Below the pieces are notes generated by a model. That model was not told the origin of the DNA, searched no databases, and saw nothing but the letters and a program-made list of their open reading frames with translations. The translations under genes were made by a program, and so were the position numbers. Below are positions 27,117 through 37,008 of a stretch of DNA of 60,569 nucleotides, one piece after another. The number at the start of each line of letters is the position of its first letter. The first letter of the stretch is position 1. Source of the DNA: Alphaproteobacteria bacterium (GTDB taxonomy: Bacteria > Pseudomonadota > Alphaproteobacteria > Rickettsiales > SXRF01); NCBI GenBank assembly GCA_009926845.1, contig RFOF01000002.1, forward strand, positions 1 through 60,569, given 5' to 3'.

Positions 27117-27698
27117 CTATCTCCCTGCCAACCGCGCAGCCAGTTCCGCCACGCGCTGCCCCAGCATGCGTGCGGTTTCTAGGTCGCCGCTCGGGGGCGT
27201 CACCTCTGGCGAATCGTCGTTGGATTGCGTGGCCACACCAACAAAACTGCCGAGGCGATTGAGCGCGTCTGGCGCGGGGCCATGGCCTTTCGCAGTTGGC
27301 TGTTTCATGCCCGTTCCGACCCAGATCATGCTGTGTTGCATGGCGTTGGCCAGCAGCTGCATCAGCGTATTGAAATTGTCACCGCTATACGCGCCAGAGT
27401 TGGTAAATCCCGCGGCCACCTTGTCTTTCCAGCTTTGCGCGTACCAGCGTTTGGATGCCGATTCCATGAAGGCTTTGAACTTGGCCGACACGCCGCCCAT
27501 GTAGGTCGGCGAGCCAAAAATAATGCCATCAGCCGCGTCCAGCGCCGCCCAGCCTGCCTCATCCAGCGCATCTACCGACAACACCTGCACATGAGCGCCC
27601 GCATGACGGCGCGCGCCCTCGCCCACGGCCTCTGCGACTTTTGCCGTGTGGCCATATCCGCTGTGATATATAATGACAATCTGTACCATAATGCCCAC
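27117..27698 (-). CDS. Flavodoxin-like NAD(P)H:quinone oxidoreductase (WrbA-like)
   Basis: VIIYHSGYGHTAKVAEAV...GIIFGSPTYMGGVSAKFKAFMESAS... Confidence 0.85.
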   Translation of the reverse strand: MGIMVQIVIIYHSGYGHTAKVAEAVGEGARRHAGAHVQVLSVDALDEAGWAALDAADGIIFGSPTYMGGVSAKFKAFMESASKRWYAQSWKDKVAAGFTNSGAYSGDNFNTLMQLLANAMQHSMIWVGTGMKQPTAKGHGPAPDALNRLGSFVGVATQSNDDSPEVTPPSGDLETARMLGQRVAELAARLAGR

Positions 27699-27870
27699 TA
27701 GATACGTATTTCTAAGCCCTTATACAAGCAATAACCCACTTCTCACTTGATTTACAGTCGATTTTCCGCCATGTAGGACATCCCGCAACGGTTTTTTAAC
27801 CTATTGTGGGCTACTATTTGCTTTCACAATTACAGGAGGACCTTTTGACACAACTGGAGTTTACTCGTTT

Positions 27871-28383
27871 ATGAGCCGCGCTGATGAACCAAGAATCAAC
27901 CAACAAATCACCAACGCATCCATACGTCTGATTGATCAAAGTGGCAATATGCTCGGGGTTGTGACCTCGGCTGAAGCCATGAAACTGGCTGAACAAGCTG
28001 GCCTTGATCTGGTTGAGATTTCGCCGACGGCAAGCCCCCCAGTGTGCAAGATCCTCGATTACGGCAAATACCGCTACGAAGCGCAGAAAAAGGCGCACGA
28101 AGCCCGCAAAAAGCAAAAAGTGGTGCAGATAAAAGAAATTAAACTGCGCCCAACCATCGACAAACATGATTTGGAAATCAAAGTCCGCAACGTGATGGGC
28201 TTCCTCGAAGAAGGCGACAAGGTGCGCATTACGCTGCGTTTCCGTGGCCGCGAGATGGACCACACCGATCTGGGCATGAAGATTTTGGAGCGCGTGCAGG
28301 AATTGCTGGTCGATCATTGCAAGGTCGAGCAACCACCGCGCTTCGAAGGCAAACAAATCGCCATGACCGTTGGACCTAAGTGA
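27871..28383 (+). CDS. infC: Translation initiation factor IF-3
   Basis: PRINQQITNASIRLIDQSGNMLGVV...LDLVEISPTASPPVCKILDYGKYRYEAQKKAHEARKKQK...KEIKLRPTIDKHDLEIK... Confidence 0.93.
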   Translation: MSRADEPRINQQITNASIRLIDQSGNMLGVVTSAEAMKLAEQAGLDLVEISPTASPPVCKILDYGKYRYEAQKKAHEARKKQKVVQIKEIKLRPTIDKHDLEIKVRNVMGFLEEGDKVRITLRFRGREMDHTDLGMKILERVQELLVDHCKVEQPPRFEGKQIAMTVGPK

Positions 28384-28384
28384 C

Positions 28385-28529
28385 GGTAAATCTTAGCGGC
28401 TCCGCCGCTTAGATTCCCGTCATCCCGGAAGCCGGATTTCTTTGAGCGTAGCGAAATAGAAAGCCGAGCTGTCCGGGATCTCAGATAACAAACTCCACAC
28501 ATTTTTTGTCATCCCGGCGCAGGTTGGTA
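28385..28529. repeat. Cluster of palindromic modules (GTCAT-hairpin family)
   Basis: aatcttagcggctccgccgcttagatt, cgtcatcccggaagccggatttc, gtccgggatctc and ttgtcatcccggcgcaggttgg. Confidence 0.6.
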
Positions 28530-29405
28530 TTATTTTTTCATCGGTGCGTCCTGCGCGGTCATTTCGCAGGCTTTATAATACTCTTTAATGCTGTCGAAAA
28601 ACTCTTCAACAATCCCAACCATATTATCTGTTGATGCAGTAATCAGTTGTCCTGCCAGATTATTGACCATTTCTTTAAAATGAATGTCGTTTTTCAAGCG
28701 CATATGATGACGCGAAAATGGAACAGAATACGAAGTGTGGCCATAAAGTGAATGCAGAGCTTCACTTTCAAGCGCAATAGAGTCTGGCGCCACCGTAATA
28801 GTTGCCACAGGATAAGAGGTGGAGTCCCCATCCGCTGTCTCTTTTTTGCATATTTCGAGAGTGCCATAAAAATTTCCGGTTCGGCTGATATTTTTCATAT
28901 CTTCCGCGCTGCGTGAAACGTCAACAAAGCCGATTTCTCCCTGCTTGCTATCAAGCGGACCCACTGGGATTTTTACATGCACTGGATAATCGCGAGGAGA
29001 TAGATGGCGATGCGGCGGGGCATTAGCAGGAATAATAAGACTAGGCGGCATATGAAGTGTAGCGATCAAATCCTCAATGCCGGCATGCAACGCATCCACA
29101 TCAACAGACAAGCCTTTACGCTGCAAGAATTCAAAAAAACGGGTTTTAAATGGACCTATATTTTCTGAAGTGAGTATGAATGGCTCGCCATCTGAAAGAA
29201 CAGCTATTTCCGGCGAATCTCCCTTTTTGACCGTCATCCCAACGTCAGTGGCAGTAATCGTTGCTAAAATCCGTCCGCCTGCATCACGGAGAAAAATATA
29301 TCCATCTAGAAATTCTTTTTCTTCTACTTCTTTCGCAAGCAATGAATAATCTATCGCCCCTAATTCATGACCATATTCGTCACTCAAATTTTGAAATTCA
29401 GGCAT
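28530..29405 (-). CDS. Hypothetical 291-aa protein
   Basis: Clean ORF, AT-richer than its neighbours, no recognised motif. Confidence 0.5.
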   Translation of the reverse strand: MPEFQNLSDEYGHELGAIDYSLLAKEVEEKEFLDGYIFLRDAGGRILATITATDVGMTVKKGDSPEIAVLSDGEPFILTSENIGPFKTRFFEFLQRKGLSVDVDALHAGIEDLIATLHMPPSLIIPANAPPHRHLSPRDYPVHVKIPVGPLDSKQGEIGFVDVSRSAEDMKNISRTGNFYGTLEICKKETADGDSTSYPVATITVAPDSIALESEALHSLYGHTSYSVPFSRHHMRLKNDIHFKEMVNNLAGQLITASTDNMVGIVEEFFDSIKEYYKACEMTAQDAPMKK

Positions 29406-29454
29406 AAATAAAGAAAGGGTTATTTGAGGGCTTAAAGAAACCTAAATATACCAG

Positions 29455-30048
29455 CTATTTCGCGCTTTTCAAGAACCGACTGCCCGGCTTGATGGCGGGG
29501 ATGCTAGCCAGTTCTGGTGGTAGCGCGTCCTCCTTGTAGGTTGGGACGTCGAGTTTCAGCAATGAAATCAGCGGCAAAGTGAGGCTGACATCATTGCTGC
29601 CGCGACGGTCGATGAGGCTGCACACAGCCACCGCCTGCCCGCCGCATTCATTGATACAGGCAACCGCTTCCATCGAGGATTTTCCGGTCGTCACCACGTC
29701 TTCGACCACCAGCACTTTTTGCCCCGCCTCCAGCGAAAACCCACGGCGCAGCTGGAACGCGCCATCAACGCGCTCGCAGAACATGGTGGGCACGTTCAGT
29801 TGCCGGCCCATTTCATAACCGACCACCACACCGCCCATGGCAGGCGCGACGATGACATCAATTTTCTGGCCACTCGCCTTGATTTTTTCCGCCAAAGCCG
29901 CGCACAGTCGTTCGCCACGACGCGCATCCATCATCACGCGGGCACATTGCAGATAGGTCGGGCTATGCAGCCCCGAAGAAAGGACGAAATGCCCGCTGAG
30001 CATCGCCTCTGCAGCTTTGAATTCTTCAATCACCTGTTCTTCGTTCAT
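29455..30048 (-). CDS. pyrE: Orotate phosphoribosyltransferase
   Basis: GHFVLSSGLHSPTYLQCARV...VLVVEDVVTTGKSSMEAV (PRPP-binding motif). Confidence 0.93.
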   Translation of the reverse strand: MNEEQVIEEFKAAEAMLSGHFVLSSGLHSPTYLQCARVMMDARRGERLCAALAEKIKASGQKIDVIVAPAMGGVVVGYEMGRQLNVPTMFCERVDGAFQLRRGFSLEAGQKVLVVEDVVTTGKSSMEAVACINECGGQAVAVCSLIDRRGSNDVSLTLPLISLLKLDVPTYKEDALPPELASIPAIKPGSRFLKSAK

Positions 30049-30069
30049 TTTTTTTGTTCCTTTTTTTTC

Positions 30070-30129
30070 GTCACTCCCGCGTAGGCGGGAGTCTATTCGC
30101 GAATGGATCCCCGCCTTCGCGGGGATGAC
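30070..30129. repeat. Two palindromic modules (gtcactcccgcgtaggcgggagtc; ggatccccgccttcgcggggatgac)
   Basis: Same GTCA(T/C)-hairpin / hairpin-ATGAC architecture as elsewhere in the window. Confidence 0.7.
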
Positions 30130-30140
30130 GAGATTAAAAA

Positions 30141-30980
30141 CTAAACCTCGATATTATCAATCAACCGCGCCCCGCCGAGCTTTGCTGCCACCAACAGGCG
30201 AGCGCCAGCCTCATATTCAGCCAGTGGCGCGAGCGAGTCAGAGTCGCACAACTCCAGATATTCCACCGCAAAACCAAGTTTTTCCAACTCTATTTTTCCG
30301 CGCTCAAGCACAGCGGACACAAGATTTCCGGCCTGCAATAACGCCGCAACCTGATTGAGTGCAGCAAAAAGCTTGGGCGCAACAAGGCGCTCTTGCGGCG
30401 TTAAATAGGCATTTCGTGAGGAAAGCGCCAGCCCATCAGCTGCGCGCAGCGTTGGAACGCCAACAATTTCCACGCCAATATCCAGATCTTCCACCAAACG
30501 GCGGATAACGCAAAGCTGCTGATAATCCTTTTCGCCAAACAGGGCAACGTGGGGCAGCGTGCGCAGCAAAAGTTTGGTAACCACGGTGGCCACGCCATCA
30601 AAATGCCCCGGGCGGGACGCGCCACATAGGCGATCTGTTAAGCCTGCGATTGAGACAGTCGTCGCGTAACCTTCAGGGTATAAATCGTCCACCTGCGGAG
30701 CATAAACAAGGGCGCCACCAACCTCGCCTACTAGATTAACATCAGCGCCTAACATTTTGGGATATTTATCAAAATCCTCGTTAGCGCCGAACTGCTTGGG
30801 GTTCACAAAAATGCTTACCACCACGACATCGGCCAGCTCTTTTCCCTTGCGAATGAGCGAGGCGTGCCCATCATGCAAAGCGCCCATGGTCGGCACGAGC
30901 GCCACCGACAGACCGAGCCGCGCGAACTCGGCGAGGGTCGCCTGCAGGTTTTCCATGTCATGTGCGACGGTCAATTGCAT
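30141..30980 (-). CDS. panC: Pantoate--beta-alanine ligase
   Basis: VPTMGALHDGHASLIRKGKELADVVVVSIFVNPKQFG... Confidence 0.95.
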   Translation of the reverse strand: MQLTVAHDMENLQATLAEFARLGLSVALVPTMGALHDGHASLIRKGKELADVVVVSIFVNPKQFGANEDFDKYPKMLGADVNLVGEVGGALVYAPQVDDLYPEGYATTVSIAGLTDRLCGASRPGHFDGVATVVTKLLLRTLPHVALFGEKDYQQLCVIRRLVEDLDIGVEIVGVPTLRAADGLALSSRNAYLTPQERLVAPKLFAALNQVAALLQAGNLVSAVLERGKIELEKLGFAVEYLELCDSDSLAPLAEYEAGARLLVAAKLGGARLIDNIEV

Positions 30981-31034
30981 TGGATTGTTTCTTGCTTTAT
31001 ATCAGGTGCGAAATCTATCGAGAGCTTTAAAAGA

Positions 31035-32159
31035 ATGCCGCCGAAAAAGCAAGCACACGCTTTAGAAAAATCCGCCCAAGGTTCGCCCCAAGGGTCACTG
31101 TTCACCCATTATGATTTTTTGGTGCAGCACGAGGGCATCAACGACGATGTGGCGCAGCGCGTGGTCGTTGGCCATCTGCAGACGCTGCATGATGCGCTGA
31201 CCAGCAAAAAACCCGCCGGCCTTTCGCGCCTACTCAAAAAGAAGACTGAAAAATCCCCCCGCAGCCTCTACATTTGGGGCAATGTCGGGCGCGGCAAATC
31301 CATGCTGATGGAGATTTTTTATGCAGGCGTACCGCTGGAAAAGAAGCGCCGGGTGCATTTCCACGCCTTCATGCAGGAAGTCCACGCCCGCATCCACAGC
31401 TTACGCAAGGAAGGTCGCGGTGATCCGGTGGCTATCCTCGCCCACGAGATTGCAAACGAAACCCAGCTGCTGTGTTTTGACGAGCTGCAAGCCACCGACG
31501 TGGCCGACGCCACCCTGCTCTATCGCCTGTTTGAAGGATTATTCGCCGCGGGTGTCGTTGTCGTCAGCACCTCGAACCACCCGCCCACCACGCTTTACAC
31601 TGGCGGTGTGCAGCGCGAGCGCTTCGACAAATTTATTGCGCTGCTACAAGAAAAAATGACCGTGGTCGCCCTTTCCAGCCCCGAGGACTACCGAACACTG
31701 CAAATCAAATCGCTGAGCGAAGTTTATCACGCGGGTGCAGGCGGCGCAGAGTTTATCGCCTATGTGCTCGAGACCATCGCCAGCGGCGAAAAACCCGCGC
31801 CCGACACGTTCATGGTGCAAGGGCGCAGCATCGCCTTTACGCGCTATGGCGAAGGTGTTGGCCAAATGTCCTTTGCTGCTGCCTGCGAGGCTGCCCTTGG
31901 CCCTGCGGACTACCTGACCATCGCCAAGCGCCTCTCCACCCTCATCCTCACCGACATCCCCGCCCTTGCGCCAGAAAAGCGCAACGAGGCCAAGCGATTC
32001 GTGACGTTGATAGACGCACTCTATGAAAACAAAGTGAAGCTGATAGCCACCGCCGCCACCGAACCAGCAGGCATATACGCGCAAGGCGACGGCGCATTTG
32101 AATTTAACCGCACCGTCAGCCGCCTCATGGAAATGCAGTCGGAGAAGTGGTTGGGATAA
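31035..32159 (+). CDS. zapE: ZapE/AFG1-family ATPase
   Basis: YIWGNVGRGKSMLMEIFY (P-loop), LLCFDELQATDVADATLL (Walker B). Start chosen at the Met after the panC-overlapping extension. Confidence 0.88.
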   Translation: MPPKKQAHALEKSAQGSPQGSLFTHYDFLVQHEGINDDVAQRVVVGHLQTLHDALTSKKPAGLSRLLKKKTEKSPRSLYIWGNVGRGKSMLMEIFYAGVPLEKKRRVHFHAFMQEVHARIHSLRKEGRGDPVAILAHEIANETQLLCFDELQATDVADATLLYRLFEGLFAAGVVVVSTSNHPPTTLYTGGVQRERFDKFIALLQEKMTVVALSSPEDYRTLQIKSLSEVYHAGAGGAEFIAYVLETIASGEKPAPDTFMVQGRSIAFTRYGEGVGQMSFAAACEAALGPADYLTIAKRLSTLILTDIPALAPEKRNEAKRFVTLIDALYENKVKLIATAATEPAGIYAQGDGAFEFNRTVSRLMEMQSEKWLG

Positions 32160-32169
32160 ATATATATCT

Positions 32170-32305
32170 GTCATGCTGAACTTGTTTCAGCATCCACTTC
32201 GACGCCAAAGACAAAATATCCGTGGATCCCGAAACAAGTTCGGGATGACAAAACCCTCCCCGTCCAGTGCGCGGCGGGGTATCCTTGTCATTCCTGCGAA
32301 AGCAA
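32170..32305. repeat. Palindromic element (second copy of the 10252-10339 type) followed by further modules
   Basis: gtcatgctgaacttgtttcagcatcc...ggatcccgaaacaagttcgggatgac (32170-32249), then ccccgtccagtgcgcggcggggtatcc and ttgtcattcctgcgaaagca. Confidence 0.8.
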
Positions 32306-32459
32306 TTAATAGAAGAAAAATTCTATTAAGTTACAATAGTTTAACGCTATCTCAGCGAGCAATTGCAGCAAAAAACATGATTTTCACTAAATTGTCACAA
32401 TTTTTTGCCCTCAAATTTGCTATCATCAAACAATAGAAACACAAGAGAGCAAGCAGCGC

Positions 32460-33029
32460 ATGGTTATCAATCTCGCGGATATGCCAAATCAAAATGAGGC
32501 GGAAAAAGAAACCCCGCGCGAAGCCGCCGTGCGCGATGCCGCAAGCGATGCGGTGGCCAAAGCACGCTCACACTATGAAGCGCGCCTGCGTGCATTCCTC
32601 AATGAAAGTTCTGGCGTTTCTTCGTTGCTGCGCGCTCGCGGCGCAAAACGCAGACAGATCATGCCCGCTCTCAGAAAGTCACTGCCGCTGGATATTCAAG
32701 AAGCGCGCGCTGCCCTCATCAGCGCCTATAACGTGGCCAGCGCCGGTGGGTCTAATATCTCCGAAACGGCGGTGAGTAGCGCGCCTCCGGAGCATCATGC
32801 GCACGACCACCATGATGATCACCACGACGATCATCATGACGAGCACCATCTGGAAGGTGATTCTGCTGGCCATCATTATTGTAAGGGTATTGAAAATCTG
32901 GTGGTGGATGAGTTTATGCATGAGACGCACAATAAGCGCCATGACATCTTGCTTGGCCTCAATATTCGCCAGGCAGAACACGGTGCGATTCCCGGCCAGC
33001 TGACGCATTACAAAGCTGGCAACAACTAG
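32460..33029 (+). CDS. Hypothetical protein with a His/Asp-rich tract (HHAHDHHDDHHDDHHDEHH)
   Basis: 189-aa ORF ending 4 nt before the cobS ORF. The His/Asp tract is encoded at about 32795-32853. Confidence 0.6.
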   Translation: MVINLADMPNQNEAEKETPREAAVRDAASDAVAKARSHYEARLRAFLNESSGVSSLLRARGAKRRQIMPALRKSLPLDIQEARAALISAYNVASAGGSNISETAVSSAPPEHHAHDHHDDHHDDHHDEHHLEGDSAGHHYCKGIENLVVDEFMHETHNKRHDILLGLNIRQAEHGAIPGQLTHYKAGNN

Positions 33030-33068
33030 CCCTTGCCACGCCCCCAAAATGCTGTAGATTTTTTATCT

Positions 33069-34046
33069 ATGAAAACCTCCGCAAAGATAGAAACAATGAA
33101 TGACAGCCCCGACAAACTCGTGGCCACCGACAAGCTGTTTGGCTTTAAGTGGAACACGCAAATTCCCGCCTTTTCCGTAGCCGATGAACATGTGCCGGAA
33201 ATTGACGCCAACTATCATTTTGAACTGGAAACGACGCGCGCCATTCTCGCTGGTTTTGCGCATAATCGCCGCGTGTTGGTGCAAGGTTTTCACGGCACGG
33301 GGAAGTCAACGCATATCGAGCAGGTTGCCGCGCGCCTCAACTGGCCGTGCATCCGCATCAACCTCGATTCGCACGTCAGCCGCACGGATTTAATTGGTCG
33401 CGACGCCATCACGCTGCAAGACGGAAAACAAGTCACCAAATTTCAGGAAGGCATATTGCCGTGGGCGCTGTCTCGCCCAGTGGCTATTGTGTTCGACGAG
33501 TATGACGCGGGCCGCCCCGACGTGATGTTCGTCATCCAGCGCGTGCTGGAATCACAGGGAAAACTCACCCTTCTCGACCAGAACCGCGTCATCACACCGC
33601 ATCCTTTTTTCCGCATTTTCGCCACCGCCAACACCATCGGTCAGGGTGATGCCACCGGCATGTATCATGGCACACAGCCCATCAACCAAGGCCAGATGGA
33701 CCGCTGGAACATCTGCACCACGCTGAACTATCTGCCGGAAGAAGACGAACTCAAAGTCGTGCTCGGCAAGGTCAAAGACTTGAATAATGCCAAGGGCAAA
33801 GAGCTCGCCCGCTCGATGATAGCGATGGCAAACCTCACCCGCCGCGGCTTTGCGCAGGGTGACCTCTCCACCGTGATGTCGCCGCGCACCGTCATCAACT
33901 GGGCAGAAAACATGCAGATTTTTGGCGACCCCACCACCGCTTTCCGCCTCACCTTCTTCAATAAATGTGATGAAAATGAGCGCGTGACCATCGCGGAATA
34001 TTACCAGCGGTGTTTCGGCATTTCTGTCATCCCCGCTGAAGCGTAG
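33069..34046 (+). CDS. cobS: CobS-type AAA+ ATPase (aerobic cobaltochelatase small subunit family); start uncertain (TTG 33033 / ATG 33069 / ATG 33096)
   Basis: VLVQGFHGTGKSTHIEQVAARLNWPCIRINLDSHVSRTDLIGRDAI...GILPWAL...VFDEYDAGRPDVMFVIQRVLE... The last 6 codons and the stop (VIPAEA-stop) lie inside a palindromic module. Confidence 0.9.
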   Translation: MKTSAKIETMNDSPDKLVATDKLFGFKWNTQIPAFSVADEHVPEIDANYHFELETTRAILAGFAHNRRVLVQGFHGTGKSTHIEQVAARLNWPCIRINLDSHVSRTDLIGRDAITLQDGKQVTKFQEGILPWALSRPVAIVFDEYDAGRPDVMFVIQRVLESQGKLTLLDQNRVITPHPFFRIFATANTIGQGDATGMYHGTQPINQGQMDRWNICTTLNYLPEEDELKVVLGKVKDLNNAKGKELARSMIAMANLTRRGFAQGDLSTVMSPRTVINWAENMQIFGDPTTAFRLTFFNKCDENERVTIAEYYQRCFGISVIPAEA

Positions 34047-34111
34047 CGAAATGCGGGGATCTCAGGCCACATGCCGTGTTGCCCTAGATCCCCGAACAAG
34101 TCGGGGATGAC
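34026..34111. repeat. Palindromic modules overlapping the cobS 3' end and the cobS-cobT spacer
   Basis: gtcatccccgctgaagcgtagcgaaatgcggggatc and agatccccgaacaagtcggggatgac. Confidence 0.7.
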
Positions 34112-34119
34112 ACGCTTTT

Positions 34120-35830
34120 ATGCTCGATAACAACCAACATCTCGCTTCATTAAAAATTGCGCTGGTTTCGGCCACGCGCGCACTTGCGCATGACGCAAAA
34201 CTCAACGTGCAATTTAACGCGGCGAGCAACGCGGAGGGTGCAGTTTTGCTGCCGCAAATGTTGGAGCCCCCCGCTGCGCACGAGCTGGCCACCATTCGCG
34301 GTGAGGCCGACCACGCTGCGCTGACCCACCACCTGCACAACCCCGTTTTGCACCGCGACCTTCGCCCGCTGACACCTGCGAATGCGCAGCTGTTCGACGT
34401 GCTGGAAAATATCCGCGTCGAAAGCCTCGGCAGTCAGCATATGCAGGGTGTGAAGCTCAACCTCTATCGCCGCTATGAGCAGCGCGCGATGCAACAAGGT
34501 TTGCCGCGCGAGCGCCCGCTGCCGCTGCTGCTAGAGCTCAATGCGCGCCGCTATGTGCAGGAAATGCCCATCCCTGCTTTTCTTGCAAATGCGCTCGAAG
34601 AATCACACGCGCAGATGCTTGATATCATTCCGTACCTGGAACAACTCCGCGAAAAAATCACCGACCAATACCAGTTTGGCAAAGCAGCACTAGAGGTGAT
34701 CGAAGCCCTCGCTCACATCAAACATTCCAGCAAACCCGGCGATGACAATGGCGAGCAAAGCGGCAGCCAGTCAAAGACTGCCGAAAAGCCCCGCGAGGAT
34801 TCGGCTGAAGATGCCCTGCCCTCGCAAGGCGGCGACACAGAGAGCACCGAGCAAGAGCTTTCGCAAATGATGCTAAAGCCCGCAGGCCCGGGCGCAGAGG
34901 CCCCAGAAGGCGGGCAGGAGATAAAACTAAGCGGCGCGCCGCAACACACGCCCACGACCGGCCACAACGAGCTTACTGCCGCCCCCTATCACGCCTACAC
35001 CACGAGTTATGACGAGGTGGTGGCCGCCCACCTGCTGGCTGCGCCCGCCGAGCTAGAGCAGCTCTCGCGCCAACTTGACCAGAAGCTCACGCAATTTCAA
35101 AGCATCACCAGCAAACTCGCCGCACGATTACAACGCCTGCTGCTGGCGCGCCAAGCCCGCCACTGGGCGTTCGACCAAGAAGACGGCATGCTCGATAACC
35201 GCAAGCTCGCGCGGCTCATCATCCACCCTGAAGAACAACTCATCTATAAACACGAAAAAGACAGCGAATTCCGCGACACCATCGTCACCCTGCTCATCGA
35301 CAATTCTGGCTCGATGCGTGGCCGCCCCATCACCATCGCCGCGCTGTCCGCCGACATCATCAGCAGAACGCTGGAGCGATGCGGTGTGAAGGTGGAAGTG
35401 CTCGGCTTTACCACGCGCGAATGGAAAGGCGGCAACTCCTACAAACAATGGATGAGAGAGGGCCGCCCGCCACACCCAGGGCGCCTCAACGACCTGCGCC
35501 ACATCATCTATAAATCCGCCGACATGAGCTGGCGCAAGGCGCGCGGAAAGCCGCCTGCTCGCCCGCCCCGAGCAACGCCGCATCCTCATGGTGATTTCCG
35601 ATGGCGCGCCGGTGGACGACAGCACGCTTTCGACCAACCACAGCCGCTATCTCGATGCGCATTTGCGCGAGACCATCGCCCGCATCGAAACCGCAGGCGT
35701 CATCGAACTCCTCGCCATTGGCATCGGCCATGACGTCACCCGCTACTACAAACGCGCCGTGACCATCTCCGAAATTGAAAAACTCGGCGAGACGATGACC
35801 GATCAGCTGGTGAAACTGTTTGAGAAATGA
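34120..35830 (+). pseudogene. cobT: CobT-type vWA protein with a short internal deletion and frameshift near 35545
   Basis: Frame 1 reads ...[20 protein letters not shown] and then turns to Arg/Pro-rich nonsense. Frame 2 resumes with ([14 protein letters not shown])[15 protein letters not shown]...[17 protein letters not shown]... About 20-25 conserved residues between the two parts appear to be missing. Confidence 0.8.
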
Positions 35831-35838
35831 TTTTCTTT

Positions 35839-35901
35839 GTCATCCCCGCGCAGGCGGGGATCCTGACGGTTACACAAGATTCCTGCTTTCGCAGGAATGA
35901 C
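35839..35901. repeat. Two palindromic modules (gtcatccccgcgcaggcggggatcc; gattcctgctttcgcaggaatgac)
   Basis: Canonical members of the GTCAT-hairpin-ATCC family. Confidence 0.75.
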
Positions 35902-35916
35902 AACAAAAACAGACAA

Positions 35917-35946
35917 TAAAAAACCCCGCCGAAGCAGGGTTTTTTA
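35917..35946. terminator. Bidirectional rho-independent terminator between convergent cobT and rpmB
   Basis: aataaaaaaccccgccgaagcagggttttttat is a GC stem with a cgaa loop, an A-run on one side and a T-run on the other. Confidence 0.75.
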
Positions 35947-35965
35947 TATCTCTATCTGCCGATAA

Positions 35966-36265
35966 TTAAGCGGCAACTGCTTTCGCAGCGATTTTCTTTT
36001 TGATTTGGCGACGGAGCTTAGCACCACCTGGGGTGAGCTTTGCAGCTTTCTGGCCGAGCAGGTAGCCATCGAGGCCGCCGTTATGTTCGATGCTGCGAAG
36101 CGTTGCAGCGGTGATGCGCAGAGGAACGTTCACACCGAGAACATCGCTACGGAGCGAAACATGCTGCAAGTTTGGCATGAAGCGCACGTTGGTTTTGTGG
36201 TTCGAGTGAGACACTTTGTTGCCCGCGAGGGAACCGGTTCCGGTGAGTGCACAACGTCTTGACAT
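35966..36265 (-). CDS. rpmB: 50S ribosomal protein L28
   Basis: MSRRCALTGTGSLAGNKVSHSNHKTNVRFMPNLQHVSL... is canonical L28. Confidence 0.93.
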   Translation of the reverse strand: MSRRCALTGTGSLAGNKVSHSNHKTNVRFMPNLQHVSLRSDVLGVNVPLRITAATLRSIEHNGGLDGYLLGQKAAKLTPGGAKLRRQIKKKIAAKAVAA

Positions 36266-36340
36266 AACAATATTCCTTGAAGTTAGCTTTACAAAGGGGG
36301 CTTTTGTAGGGATTTTTAGCGCAGCAGTCAAGCGGTTTTT

Positions 36341-36420
36341 GTCATCCTCGGCCGCATTTTATGCGGTCGGGGATCTTGTAAAAGGAGCACGAGATCCCCG
36401 CTTCGGCGCAGCCTCGCGAG
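36341..36420. repeat. Palindromic modules between marR-like gene and rpmB
   Basis: gtcatcctcggccgcattttatgcggtcggggatc and gagatccccgcttcgg... Confidence 0.6.
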
Positions 36421-36430
36421 GAAGGCACAA

Positions 36431-36889
36431 TCACTTGAATTTAAAGGAATTATTAATCCAATCACTCCAGAATTTCTCCAGCGCGCCGAGAGTTTTGTTC
36501 AGGGCGGAAAGCTCCGTGGGCTGCATTTGTTTGCCCAGCGCGTCCACATTGCGCTGATAGAGGTCATCGATCTTTTTGCACAGCTCCAGCCCTTTTTCCG
36601 ACAATTTGATGCGGGTGGAGCGTTTGTCATGCGGGGCGCGTTCTTGCGCCAGATAGCCATTTTCAACCAGATGTTTGACGTTATAAGACACGTTTGAACC
36701 CAGATAATGCCCACGCAGCGTAAGTTCGCCGATGGTCATCTGGTCATCACCGATATTATAAAGAATCAACGTCTGAATGTTGTTGATGTCGTCGATTTTC
36801 AGCCGATCAAGCTCGGCCTTGACCACGTCCAGAAAACGGCGGTGTAGGCGCTCGATAAGCAAAATTGACTCAATGTATATATCTTTCAC
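36431..36889 (-). CDS. MarR-family transcriptional regulator
   Basis: 152 aa, winged-helix region ...MTIGELTLRGHYLGSNVSYNVKHLVENGYLAQERAPHDKRSTRIKLSEKG... Confidence 0.85.
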   Translation of the reverse strand: MKDIYIESILLIERLHRRFLDVVKAELDRLKIDDINNIQTLILYNIGDDQMTIGELTLRGHYLGSNVSYNVKHLVENGYLAQERAPHDKRSTRIKLSEKGLELCKKIDDLYQRNVDALGKQMQPTELSALNKTLGALEKFWSDWINNSFKFK

Positions 36890-37008
36890 CGTATCCTCTT
36901 GGATGATTTACAACATCTTCACCATAGCGCTGAAACATTAAAAATGTGTGTATGCAGCCACTCAATTCATGCTAACTTGGCGCATATACTCTACGGATTT
37001 CACTGTTT

